Origin: Lactobacillales bacterium
GTDB taxonomy: Bacteria > Bacillota > Bacilli > Lactobacillales > Streptococcaceae
Direction of reading: 5' to 3'
Length of the DNA: 64,000 nt
NCBI GenBank assembly: GCA_031261175.1
Contig: JAISJW010000007.1
Location: forward strand, 12,204 to 76,203
The position numbers and the translations under genes were made by a program. Positions 16,415 through 25,871 of this stretch are shown piece by piece. How positions within the stretch are numbered: the stretch's first letter is position 1; the number at the start of each line of letters is the position of its first letter. Under the pieces are notes generated by a model. The model made no database searches. It was not told the DNA's origin and saw nothing but the letters and a program-made list of their open reading frames with translations.

Positions 16415-18265
16415 TTAGCGTTTCAAATGGTAATTGTAGCTCGAGATGATGACGTCTTCGTAGTTCGCTAAAACGTATTTGATCCGAACGGCGCTTTGGT
16501 TGTGCAAGACGCGTTTCCATGGTTTGTTCGGGATGAACTGCGGCACAAGGACGGTCGTCGTGTGGTTGTATTTGTGCGAAGTTTCGCTGATGCGTTTCAC
16601 CGACTTAACAATCGGTTTGATGATCGAGCGCGAAGTCGTCGCGGGCACGCGGACGTAGCGAATATCGGGGAAGTTCTCCGAAAATTCTTCACGGACTTCG
16701 GCATCCTTCTCGGGATTTTCACTGTTATCAACGTGAAGTGCCACGATATAATCACCAATCGATCGCGCGTAATTAATCGCGCCGAGGTCTACGTTTGTCA
16801 CGTTCCCAATCAACACAATCACGGTATTTCCTGCGTAAATATGCGACGGTTTCGGCTCGCGCAAACGCAGTTGCTCCGCGACGTTTTGATAATGTTTTTT
16901 GATTTTCAAAAAGATCGCAATAATGATCGGCATAATGACAAAGAACGGCCAAATATGCGGCAGGCGGAACACAATCATAATCACAACGATGGTCGCCGAG
17001 ATAATTGCCCCCACGATATTCGGAATCGACCTCAAGAGGAAATTCCGGCGATTCTGACGGTACCAATGCACCACCATCCCGCTCTGACTCAGCGTGAACG
17101 GCACGAACACCCCAATCGAATACAGCGGAATCAGGCTCTCAACCTTCCCGTGGAACATCACGACCAAAATCGCAGCCCCCGCGGCAAGTGTGATAATCCC
17201 ATTCGAATAGCCCAGACGCGCTCCGCGCTCTTTAAACATGTGCGGCATAAATTTATCTTTTGCGAGGTTGAAACTCAGCATCGGAAATGCCGAGAACCCA
17301 GTGTTTGCGGCAACTGCAAGAATCATTGCTGTCGCAAATTGCATAATGTAAAATAAGATATTTTTTCCGCCGAATATTTCACGATTGACTTGCGCTAAGA
17401 CAGTCATTTTTTCTTCGGGAACTATTCCATACCAGTAGTTTAAAAACGTGATTCCAAAGAAGAAGAAACCTAAAATCAGACCCATAATCGTCAAAGTTTT
17501 CGCCGCATTTTTCGCGCGTGGTTCTTTGAAAAATGGCACGGCGTTACTGATTGCTTCAACACCGGTAAGCGATGCTGAACCGCTCGAGAAAGATTTAAGT
17601 AACAGCGCTACGCCGACAGCTGGAATCGCAGTTCCCACGGCAGCAGTTGCGTGGAACGGGACTTGCCCAGTGGCGATTTTAAAGAAGCCGAAGCAGATCA
17701 TGCAGAACGTGATGACGACGAATAAATACACGGGCACGATTAGGAAGCCGGCCGATTCGCGAACGCCGCGCAGGTTCAAAACGGTTATTAAAATTATGAT
17801 AAAAATCGAGATTGCGACTTGGTGGTGTTCCAAAACGGGAAACGCCGAGATTATCGCTTCAGCACCCGCAGCGACTGACACCGCAACAGTCAACATATAA
17901 TCGACTAGCAAAGCTCCGCCGGAAACCAGACCAGCACCTGTTCCTAGGTTTTCGCTCGACACCCGGTACGCTCCACCACCGCCCGGATAGGCGCGGATGA
18001 TTTGCCGATAGCTCAAAACGAGCGAGAATAGCAAGATCAAAACGCATACCGCGATTGGAATCGAGAACCAGATCGCCACAGCGCCTGCCACCATTAAGAC
18101 GACTACGATTTGCTCGGTTCCGTATGCGACTGATGACAACGCGTCGCTGCTTAGCATTGCTAAGGCTGCTAATTTGCTCAGCTTGTGTTCACTTGCCGAA
18201 CTGCTCTTGAGCTCTTTTCCCACGACGACGCGTCGGAATCCGCCAAAAAAATCATACAAACTCAT
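16415..18265 (-). CDS. APC-superfamily permease, KimA-like (possible K+/H+ symporter)
   Basis: 616 aa. The N-terminus (...KLSKLAALAMLSSDALSSVAYGTEQI) resembles the KimA/YdaO family. 12-TM core plus a cytoplasmic C-terminal domain. Confidence 0.65.
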   Translation of the reverse strand: MSLYDFFGGFRRVVVGKELKSSSASEHKLSKLAALAMLSSDALSSVAYGTEQIVVVLMVAGAVAIWFSIPIAVCVLILLFSLVLSYRQIIRAYPGGGGAYRVSSENLGTGAGLVSGGALLVDYMLTVAVSVAAGAEAIISAFPVLEHHQVAISIFIIILITVLNLRGVRESAGFLIVPVYLFVVITFCMICFGFFKIATGQVPFHATAAVGTAIPAVGVALLLKSFSSGSASLTGVEAISNAVPFFKEPRAKNAAKTLTIMGLILGFFFFGITFLNYWYGIVPEEKMTVLAQVNREIFGGKNILFYIMQFATAMILAVAANTGFSAFPMLSFNLAKDKFMPHMFKERGARLGYSNGIITLAAGAAILVVMFHGKVESLIPLYSIGVFVPFTLSQSGMVVHWYRQNRRNFLLRSIPNIVGAIISATIVVIMIVFRLPHIWPFFVIMPIIIAIFLKIKKHYQNVAEQLRLREPKPSHIYAGNTVIVLIGNVTNVDLGAINYARSIGDYIVALHVDNSENPEKDAEVREEFSENFPDIRYVRVPATTSRSIIKPIVKSVKRISETSHKYNHTTTVLVPQFIPNKPWKRVLHNQSAVRIKYVLANYEDVIISSYNYHLKR

Positions 18266-18354
18266 TTCAATTACCCCATAATTTTCATGCTAGATAATTA
18301 TCACACTTTCGCGCCGCAAAATCAAAAATTTGCTATATATTAATTTAAACATTT

Positions 18355-18386
18355 AAAAAGCCCCTTGGCAAGTCAAAGGGCTTTTG
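18355..18386 (-). terminator. intrinsic terminator after htpX
   Basis: Minus strand reads gccctttg-acttgcc-aaggggc followed by ttttta. Confidence 0.6.
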
Positions 18387-18392
18387 CGTACG

Positions 18393-19310
18393 TTATTTAA
18401 GTTCTTCAATTGCGGCAATTCGCTCGTCGAGACTCGGATGGGTCGAAAACCAATTTTTCGCCGTCTTTTTCTCGCGCCACGGATTTCCGATATACATAGC
18501 TGCCGTCGCCTTGTTTGCGTGTTTAAGTTCGTGCGGATCAGCACTGATTTTGTTTAGCGCATCAATCAGCGCCTGCGGATTGCGGGTCAATTCGACCGAC
18601 TTAGCATCCGCCATAAATTCGCGTTTACGACTAATCGCCATCGACATAAGCTGCGTGATAAGCGGTGACAAAATCATCAGAACGAGCCCGATAATCATCA
18701 GAATCATTTCGAGATTTCCGTTTTTGCTGTCGCTCGATTTCTTGCTACTCTTACCGCCACCCCACCAAAGAGTGCGCATGTAAAAATCGCTAATCATCAC
18801 GATGAAGCCCACCATCACGCTAACCACAGCGTTCAGGCGAATATCGTAATTGACGATATGCCCCATCTCGTGGGCAATTACCGCCTCCATCTCGTAATAA
18901 TCAAGAGTGCTTACAAGCCCCGTCGTTACGGCAATTACCGCGTGCTCCGGATTGCGTCCGGTCGCAAAAGCGTTCGGTTGATCATCCGGCACAATGTATA
19001 AGCGCGGCTTATTCGTCAAACCTGAACTTATCATTAAACCATCGATAATATTTTCTAGTTTCGTATAATCTTCGCGGCTGATCAGCGCGTCACTTGCCAA
19101 TTTCGCCCCACTTGCCGCGATGACGATTTTGTCGCTGTTGTAGTAGCTCAGGCCGGCGGTGACGATGGCGAAGCCGAGGCCGATGACAATCGCGAACGGG
19201 CCGAAGTCGAGCTGGTAGCTGATGGCGTAGGCGAGAAGTGCGATGATGACGATGAACAGCGAGATGATGAGAGCTGTTATGCGTTTATTTCGCTTGACGT
19301 CTTGGTACAT
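18393..19310 (-). CDS. htpX: M48-family zinc metalloprotease HtpX
   Basis: HEMGH motif (AHEMGHIVNYD), TM segments, and the conserved lemA-htpX pairing. Confidence 0.9.
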   Translation of the reverse strand: MYQDVKRNKRITALIISLFIVIIALLAYAISYQLDFGPFAIVIGLGFAIVTAGLSYYNSDKIVIAASGAKLASDALISREDYTKLENIIDGLMISSGLTNKPRLYIVPDDQPNAFATGRNPEHAVIAVTTGLVSTLDYYEMEAVIAHEMGHIVNYDIRLNAVVSVMVGFIVMISDFYMRTLWWGGGKSSKKSSDSKNGNLEMILMIIGLVLMILSPLITQLMSMAISRKREFMADAKSVELTRNPQALIDALNKISADPHELKHANKATAAMYIGNPWREKKTAKNWFSTHPSLDERIAAIEELK

Positions 19311-19311
19311 A

Positions 19312-19863
19312 TTAGAACTGAACCTTCACAGGTGCCGCCGCAGCTGGCTCGCTAATTTCAAGGAAATCAGCAGGCTTGAAGCCGAAGATACTTGCCACGA
19401 TGTTTGACGGGAACGTCACAAGTTTCGTATTGAAACGCGCCACGCTGTCGTTTAGGAACTGGCGCGAATACGCGATTTTATTTTCGGTATTTGTCAGCTC
19501 AAGTTGAAGTTCGCGGAAGTTTTCGCTCGCTTTCAGGTCAGGATAATTTTCGCTGACCGCAAACAGGTGATTCAGCGCCCCGGTCACTTGATTGTTGATG
19601 TCAAGCTGCTCAGCGACGTTGTTCGTGTTCAGAAATTGCGTGCGCATTTCAGTGACTTTCGTCAGCGTTTCCTGCTCGTAATCCTTGTATCCCTTCACAG
19701 TCTCAACCAGATTCGGAATCAGGTCAAAACGACGTTGCAACTGCACCTTGATTTGGCTCGATGCATTCTGAATCCCCACGCGCAGTTGGGCAAGTGAGTT
19801 GTACACGCCGATCACGAACGCGACAACGACAACAATAACAACTAATAAAATAATTAATGCCAT
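19312..19863 (-). CDS. lemA: LemA family protein
   Basis: 183 aa with an N-terminal TM and typical LemA sequence (NSLAQLRVGIQNASSQIKVQLQRRFDLIPNLVETVKGY). Confidence 0.9.
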   Translation of the reverse strand: MALIILLVVIVVVVAFVIGVYNSLAQLRVGIQNASSQIKVQLQRRFDLIPNLVETVKGYKDYEQETLTKVTEMRTQFLNTNNVAEQLDINNQVTGALNHLFAVSENYPDLKASENFRELQLELTNTENKIAYSRQFLNDSVARFNTKLVTFPSNIVASIFGFKPADFLEISEPAAAAPVKVQF

Positions 19864-19910
19864 GATTTTCTACCTCATTTTCTTTGTTTAGTTTACACGC
19901 AAATTATACA

Positions 19911-20564
19911 CTATGCGTCGTGGTTTAGCAATAGGATTGCGGGTAAAATTTCTTCGGGCAAGTCGACGATTTGGTCGGCTCCGGCTTGCTCGAGTTCTTC
20001 GCGCTCGGAGAAGCCTCCCCACGTAATGCCGATGGATTTGATGCCGACGGCTTTAGCGCCGATGACGTCGTGATCGCGGTCGCCAATGATTAGGGATTGC
20101 GCTTTGTCGCGGTCGCCGATGGCGTAGTTTAGGACGTCTTCTTTCGTCGCGCGCGTTCCGTCAAGCGTTGCGCCGCAGATGTTCTTGAAGTATTTGGAGA
20201 TTCCCGCATCTTCGAGGATTTTTCGCACCATGATTTCGCCTTTGCTCGAGGCGGTGTAGAGTTCGTAGCCTTCTTTGTCGAGTTGTTTTAGGAGTTCTTC
20301 GACTCCCGGGTAAACTCGGTATTCGAGGTAGCCTTTGTCGAAGTAGTATTCGCGGTAGACGTCGACAGCTCGCTGCGACTCTTCGGGATCCATTGCGAAC
20401 AAGCGGGCGAAGTTGTCTAGTAACGGTGGGCCGATGAAAGAACGTTTTTCTTCGGGCGTTACTTGTCTTAGATTTAATTTGTTGATCGCGTAGTCGAGTC
20501 CGGCATAAATTCCGACCGAATTGTCGATTATCGTGCCATCAACATCAAAAAATATGTATTTCAT
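19911..20564 (-). CDS. HAD-superfamily hydrolase (phosphoglycolate phosphatase-like)
   Basis: Motif I FFDVDGTIID, plus the later GDRDHD motif. Confidence 0.8.
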   Translation of the reverse strand: MKYIFFDVDGTIIDNSVGIYAGLDYAINKLNLRQVTPEEKRSFIGPPLLDNFARLFAMDPEESQRAVDVYREYYFDKGYLEYRVYPGVEELLKQLDKEGYELYTASSKGEIMVRKILEDAGISKYFKNICGATLDGTRATKEDVLNYAIGDRDKAQSLIIGDRDHDVIGAKAVGIKSIGITWGGFSEREELEQAGADQIVDLPEEILPAILLLNHDA

Positions 20565-20580
20565 CCTTGTATATCCTCAC

Positions 20581-20673
20581 AAATAGCCCTTTTATGACAC
20601 GTTTTTGAAATTCTGCCCTCTTTTTGTCACAAAAGAGTGTGTTTTTTGAAATCATGTCATTTAGGGGCTATTT
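20581..20673. repeat. nested-palindrome element, family B copy 2 (short form lacking the central hairpin)
   Basis: Arms aaatagcccttttatgac / gtcatttaggggctattt. Internal tttttgaaattctgccctctttttgt(c/t)ac is almost identical to copy 1. It abuts the recO stop codon. Confidence 0.7.
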
Positions 20674-21410
20674 TATATGTTATTATCTAAAAAGTCACGT
20701 GATTTCAGCTTGATCCCGACGAACGCGTCGTAATATTCGCGCGTGAACGTTCGGATCGCTTCTTTCGTTTCGGCGCTGAGCTTCACGAGCTTTCCACGTT
20801 GTAGTAAACCGAGCGCGTAGGCCGCGCGGGGCGTAAGCGTTGGCAAGTCAAAGTGCTTAGCGCATCCGACTACGTTTTGCGTAAAGTTAAAATCGAACTC
20901 GACTGCCTGCGTGCGGTCTTTGAAGTTTTGCTTCGCGCCGCAAATTGCGCACTGACCAAAATCGACTTCAACGCCTAAGCGTTTCAAGAGCTGCATTTCA
21001 TAAACGAAGCGAAGCGCTGCCGGGTCAAACTCGCCATCGTCGAGTTTTCTAAGCATACCGACTAGGAAATGGAAAAGCTCCGCATCGGGTTCGTCGTCTT
21101 CAATCGCTTTGTCAGCGAGTTCGAGAAAATAAATCGCATAAGAATATTTTTCAAAATCTTCACGTGTGTTTTCAGGCGTGAAATCTTCACCGACACTATT
21201 TAGATAACTCAACCCGGGAAAGTTGAATTTCCCGTTGAACATAGCAACCGTACCGGGCTGAACGTGGCGCGCTAACGCGGAATTCTTTTTCTTCACGCCC
21301 CGCACGAGAAACATTTTCTTACCATGACTCAACGTAAAAATCTTTACCAACGCATCGTTTTCTTGATAATCGCGCGTGCTCAGGACAATCCCTAAACTCG
21401 AATCCGTCAT
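20673..21410 (-). CDS. recO: DNA repair protein RecO
   Basis: 245 aa with a typical RecO N-terminal OB region and a Cys-rich motif (CAICGA...GCAKH). Immediately downstream of era. Confidence 0.9.
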   Translation of the reverse strand: MTDSSLGIVLSTRDYQENDALVKIFTLSHGKKMFLVRGVKKKNSALARHVQPGTVAMFNGKFNFPGLSYLNSVGEDFTPENTREDFEKYSYAIYFLELADKAIEDDEPDAELFHFLVGMLRKLDDGEFDPAALRFVYEMQLLKRLGVEVDFGQCAICGAKQNFKDRTQAVEFDFNFTQNVVGCAKHFDLPTLTPRAAYALGLLQRGKLVKLSAETKEAIRTFTREYYDAFVGIKLKSRDFLDNNI

Positions 21411-22316
21411 TTAATAATTATCCTCATTATAGCCTAATTCATTGAGGTTGAAGCGTTTATCGCGCCAGTTTTTCGTCACGCGCACAAACGTTTCTAGATA
21501 AACTTTATCTCCTAGCAAACCTTCGATATCGCGGCGGGCAAGTTGCCCAATTTTGCGAATCATTTGGCCGTTTTTGCCGATCAAAATTCCTTTTTGGCTA
21601 TCGCGTTCAACGATGATGACGGCCTTAATGTGGATTTTCTCGAACTCATCGCGCTCGACAGATTCGATGATAATAGCCACGCTGTGCGGAATTTCTTGTT
21701 CCGTCAACAACAAGATTTTTTCGCGAATTAATTCAGCTACGATGAAGCGCTCTGGGTGATCAGTCACCATTTCAGACGGATAATACTGTGGCCCCTCGCT
21801 CAAATAACCGCCTAAAACTTCGATTAAAGTTTCGACGTTATTTCCTTCTTTAGCGCTAATCGGCACTACGTCAGCAAACGTCATTTGCGTGCGATAGTCA
21901 TCGATCAACTCCAAAAGGCGATCCGGGTGGATAATATCGATTTTATTGATGACTAAAACGACCGGAATATCCGTATTTTGCAGACGTTCGATAATCAGAT
22001 CATCCCCTCGTCCACGCCCAACACTACCGTCGATGACGAACATAATCACGTCAACTTCACGCATTGTATTGTAGGCTTGCTTGTTCATAAAGTCGCCCAA
22101 AGCACTCTTTGGTTTATGAATTCCCGGCGTATCGATAAAGATAATTTGTTCGCTATCCGTCGTGTAAACACCTTGAATTTTATTGCGCGTCGTTTGCGCT
22201 TTGTCGCTCGTGATGGCAATTTTTTCGCCCAGAACTTGGTTGAGGAAGGTTGACTTGCCCACGTTTGGTCTGCCGATGATGCCGATGAATCCTGATTTGA
22301 AATTTTCGCTGCTCAT
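21411..22316 (-). CDS. era: GTPase Era
   Basis: G1 motif [17 protein letters not shown], and a C-terminal KH domain. Start taken at [10 protein letters not shown]. Confidence 0.95.
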   Translation of the reverse strand: MSSENFKSGFIGIIGRPNVGKSTFLNQVLGEKIAITSDKAQTTRNKIQGVYTTDSEQIIFIDTPGIHKPKSALGDFMNKQAYNTMREVDVIMFVIDGSVGRGRGDDLIIERLQNTDIPVVLVINKIDIIHPDRLLELIDDYRTQMTFADVVPISAKEGNNVETLIEVLGGYLSEGPQYYPSEMVTDHPERFIVAELIREKILLLTEQEIPHSVAIIIESVERDEFEKIHIKAVIIVERDSQKGILIGKNGQMIRKIGQLARRDIEGLLGDKVYLETFVRVTKNWRDKRFNLNELGYNEDNY

Positions 22317-22372
22317 TTTCGCCACGTCCTTGTAATTTTTGATACTACTATTATAACACAAAAGCCCCTCAT

Positions 22373-22912
22373 TTATTTGAGCGGCTTTTTGTTGGAGAAT
22401 TTTTTCTTAACGGTATTTTTGCGGCGTTTCATATTTTGCTGAAAAATGTAGCTCGACTCGCGAATTGCCCAGTATTTGTCGACGAAACTTACGAGCCACG
22501 CCTCCTTGTAGCGCGGCGGTCGTAGCAAGGTCGACGAGCCCCACATGTGTTTTAGGATGATATCTTCCTCTTTGTGATTCAACTCGGTCACCTGTTTCGC
22601 GTTCAAAAGTGCTACTTTCGGATGCGTCCAGGCATGACTTTTAGACTCCTTTTTCAGGTCCTTCTTCCACTCTTCCTGCATCTCATAATGGAAAAGATCG
22701 TGGAGCAACGCCCCGCGGGCGGTCGAAGTATAGTCCCACTTGCGCTTTTTGGCAATTTTATACGCCGTATAGGACACATTCAGCGAATGCTCCAGGCGAT
22801 TCGAATAGCGATGCTGCTTGAATTCCTCAAGCTGCTGCACGATGTCGTGGTTGATCAAATCGTCCACAATCGCGAGATACTCGGCGTCCTCGTTCCAACG
22901 TTCCTGCTTCAT
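22373..22912 (-). CDS. HD-domain phosphohydrolase
   Basis: Contains the H...HD motif (HSLNVS...LLHDLFHY). Start taken at ATG 22912 (RBS aggtga). Confidence 0.7.
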   Translation of the reverse strand: MKQERWNEDAEYLAIVDDLINHDIVQQLEEFKQHRYSNRLEHSLNVSYTAYKIAKKRKWDYTSTARGALLHDLFHYEMQEEWKKDLKKESKSHAWTHPKVALLNAKQVTELNHKEEDIILKHMWGSSTLLRPPRYKEAWLVSFVDKYWAIRESSYIFQQNMKRRKNTVKKKFSNKKPLK

Positions 22913-23045
22913 ACTTTTCACCTGCCTCAAAATAATTATACTCCGTTTCGCAGCATTTTGCGAAAAATATGTCGTTTTTAAAGGGCAAAATGCGGGCAAG
23001 TCAAAAGAAAAAGAACCCGCCTCTCGGCGAATCCCTTCCCAAAAT

Positions 23046-23443
23046 CTAATATAAAGTCTTCAGTTCCTTCTTCGTTATCTCAATCCCCACGCGTTCAAAT
23101 CCGCCAGCCTGCTTATCAAACAAACTCTCAACAACTGAGTCCCGCACAACCGGCGTCCCGTAATGCAGCAGACGATGACAACACGGACAAAGGCATGAAA
23201 TGTTTTCAACCACATCAATCCCGTGCTCAAACAATGGCTGGTAACTAATCGGCACCAGATGATGCGCCTCCATATACGGCTTCCCGCTTGAGTGCGCCAC
23301 AAACGTCTCGTGCCCTTCGTTCACCGCACACTGATAACCCGCTAGAGCAAGTCCCCTCGCTCCGACAAGCGGATTGCGAGCGTAATAACTTTTCAGCCCT
23401 TCGACCTTATCCGCAAACCTATAATCAGTCCGATTTTTTTATT
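23046..23443 (-). pseudogene. 5'-truncated, internally deleted copy of the HNH endonuclease gene at 25039..25764
   Basis: DNA from about 23019 to 23443 aligns nearly base-for-base with about 25004 to 25500. The copy retains the HNH core (EAHHLVP...CLCPCCHRLLH) but lacks the N-terminal ~135 codons. Confidence 0.8.
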
Positions 23444-23474
23444 TATATTTTTTCACAAAACATCTTTTTCTAGA

Positions 23475-24752
23475 CTAATCAATTAATTCGTAATAAGTGC
23501 TAGGTCCACTACCTACTCTTTTGACTTTCCCTCTTTCAACCAAATTAGCTAATTCACGCTTGACTTTAGCATCATGTAATTCTAGAATTTTGGCAATATC
23601 TGAACGTTTTAATGAACGTTTGCTTAATTCATTAATAATCAGTCTATCAGCAGCAATGTCATCATCGTAACTAATAACTGGCAAAGTTACCTTAATATAA
23701 TTTTCGCTAACTTCAAATTCCGGAAGCTCGAGAAACTCTCGATACTGCTCTTTAACTCTACGAATTCCCGTGGCAAATGTCTCAATTATTTTTATTCGGT
23801 GCAACACACTTGCTAATAGGTTGTTACGAATATCAGATACAGAACCCGCTTTATATTCTTCGGCTGAAATACCGTCAGGAAGTCCTCCCGGAGAGACAAT
23901 TTCTAGTCTATCTGAGAACATAGATATTCTAACATTGCTATTTATATCCCAATTTCGATGCGCTATCGCATTAGCCAACACTTCTTTAAAAGCTATCTCC
24001 GGAATGTGGATCCGTTGTTCTCTAGTATTTGCATTAACTACTTCATAAGGTGCATACCACTTGTTAAACATCTCTTTCGCTTGTTCATATTGCTCTAGAA
24101 TAGAAATTCCAACTAACGTCTTTCTATCCAGGAAAATATCATCGTTATCGCCAAATTTAACTATGTCAATACCAAATTTACGACTACTTATATCTGCTAA
24201 AAGTTCTGCCGTAACGTTATATTCATTTTTAACCAGCAATCCTAGAGTGCGCAAACCTTCATTGGTTAACTTCTCAATTCCCGTTTCTTTCTGCAAATAT
24301 TTTTCTAACAAATTGAACTTGAAATCGCGTTCCGCTACCGGCTTTTCATCGTAGGTGAATCTAGCGCTATGCAAAACCAAACGATTCATTTCGAACGTAT
24401 CAACAGCTACCGTAGTCGTTCCTTGCCTCTGATACACATGATGTCCAAAATAATATGGCTGTTTATCTCCTTTGAACACGTTTAAAATCACTATAGTTTT
24501 ATTTTCATAAATTTCTGAGCGTATTGAAAAAGGAGGGATTGGAGATACTTTATCATTGATAGAATTTGCTATCGATAATTCAAATTTATCAACTCCTCCA
24601 TTGATCCCAACGACCTCACCATCATCTTTAACTCCGAAAATTATTTCTCCACCACCATAATTAGCGAACGCACTTACCGTTTTATAAAAATTATCAGTTT
24701 TTTTCAATTTCAATTCAACAACTTCAGATTCTTTTTTGTTAAACATATTCAC
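23475..24752 (-). CDS. Schlafen/AlbA_2 domain + HATPase_c_4-like + C-terminal wHTH protein (often mis-annotated as RecG-like)
   Basis: N-terminal ESEVVELKLKK...TVSAFANYGGGEIIFGVKDDGEVVGI is AlbA_2-like. The central KEVLANAIAHRNWD...LEIVSPGGLPDG is HATPase_c_4-like. The C-terminal region is wHTH-like. Confidence 0.75.
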   Translation of the reverse strand: MNMFNKKESEVVELKLKKTDNFYKTVSAFANYGGGEIIFGVKDDGEVVGINGGVDKFELSIANSINDKVSPIPPFSIRSEIYENKTIVILNVFKGDKQPYYFGHHVYQRQGTTTVAVDTFEMNRLVLHSARFTYDEKPVAERDFKFNLLEKYLQKETGIEKLTNEGLRTLGLLVKNEYNVTAELLADISSRKFGIDIVKFGDNDDIFLDRKTLVGISILEQYEQAKEMFNKWYAPYEVVNANTREQRIHIPEIAFKEVLANAIAHRNWDINSNVRISMFSDRLEIVSPGGLPDGISAEEYKAGSVSDIRNNLLASVLHRIKIIETFATGIRRVKEQYREFLELPEFEVSENYIKVTLPVISYDDDIAADRLIINELSKRSLKRSDIAKILELHDAKVKRELANLVERGKVKRVGSGPSTYYELID

Positions 24753-24760
24753 CTCATCTT

Positions 24761-24886
24761 ATCGGAACAATAATCGGAACATTATGTTCCGATTAATTTG
24801 CATTCCATATATAATAACATAAACCCCTTTTGTTTTCAAGGCTTCAACTACTACACATAATGTTCCGATACCTTCCAATCGGAACA
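24761..24886. promoter_or_regulatory. array of five ATCGGAACA boxes upstream of the AlbA_2-type gene
   Basis: Forward boxes at 24761..24769, 24773..24781 and 24878..24886. Reverse boxes at 24785..24793 and 24861..24869. Region 24773..24793 is a perfect 21-bp palindrome. Confidence 0.6.
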
Positions 24887-25038
24887 ACATCAGAGTCTTT
24901 CGCTATATTTATATAAATAACATCTTATAATTTCAAAGCATTCAATTCGTTATTTCAAAATAAATCACTTTGGCAAAGCGCTACAAAAAAAGTTTTTTAG
25001 AAAAAGAACCCGCCTTCCGTCGAATCCCTTCCCAAAAT

Positions 25039-25764
25039 CTAATATAAAGTCTTCAGTTCCTTCTTCGTTATCTCAATCCCCACGCGTTCAAACCCATCAA
25101 CCTGCTTATCAAACAATCCCTCGATAACCGAGTCCCGCACAACCGGCGTTCCATAATGCAGCAGGCGATGACAACACGGACAAAGGCATGAAATGTTTTC
25201 AACCACATCAATCCCGTGCTCAAACAATGGCTGGTAACTAATCGGCACCAGGTGATGCGCCTCCATATACGGCTTCCCGCTCGCTCGCGCCACAAACGTC
25301 TCGTGCCCTTCGTTCACCGCACACTGATAACCCGCTAGAGCAAGTCCCCTCGCTCCGACGAGCGGATTGCGAGCGTAATAGCTTTTCAGTCCCTCGACCT
25401 TGCGCACGACCGGCTGCGGCCCTTCGGTCCACCTGATTTCAGAATTCTTGGCAACTAATCCCTGCACCTCATTCTCAAAATCATAATCAGTCCGATCAAA
25501 AATCACTTCGTTACGGCTAGAAATAAATTTAATATAATTGCTGACAGCAGCCGAATACATCCGCTTCGGATCCTTTTCCATCAGCGATTCCATCTTTTTG
25601 ACAACCAAAAGCAACTCGCCAAGCTCATCTAAATCATCAATCTCATACATATCCCGACTGATTTCTTTAAATATTCTAGTCGGTGCCTGAATAGCGTATT
25701 TACGAACAGAACTTTCGGCAAGTCCTTTCAATTTCAAATAGTTTTCAAAATTTTGTTTATTCAT
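25039..25764 (-). CDS. HNH endonuclease with an uncharacterised N-terminal domain
   Basis: C-terminal HNH motif EAHHLVPIS...CLCPCCHRLLHYG. 241 aa. Confidence 0.8.
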   Translation of the reverse strand: MNKQNFENYLKLKGLAESSVRKYAIQAPTRIFKEISRDMYEIDDLDELGELLLVVKKMESLMEKDPKRMYSAAVSNYIKFISSRNEVIFDRTDYDFENEVQGLVAKNSEIRWTEGPQPVVRKVEGLKSYYARNPLVGARGLALAGYQCAVNEGHETFVARASGKPYMEAHHLVPISYQPLFEHGIDVVENISCLCPCCHRLLHYGTPVVRDSVIEGLFDKQVDGFERVGIEITKKELKTLY

Positions 25765-25871
25765 AATCGAACCTCGTTTTTCTTAGATTCAATAATACAC
25801 CAATAATCCAAATTAATCAAAATATACTAAAAAACAAATCTGAATTTCCGGAGTTTTTTTCGTTATTCATT

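Noticed and set aside
18266-18392. A c-di-AMP (ydaO/kimA-type) riboswitch might lie upstream of the KimA-like permease. I asked the same question upstream of the TrkH-family operon at 11904..11999.
   Set aside because: The intergenic regions are only about 100-125 nt and are largely taken up by a neighbouring gene's terminator and promoter. I recognised no pseudo-symmetric ydaO-type motif.
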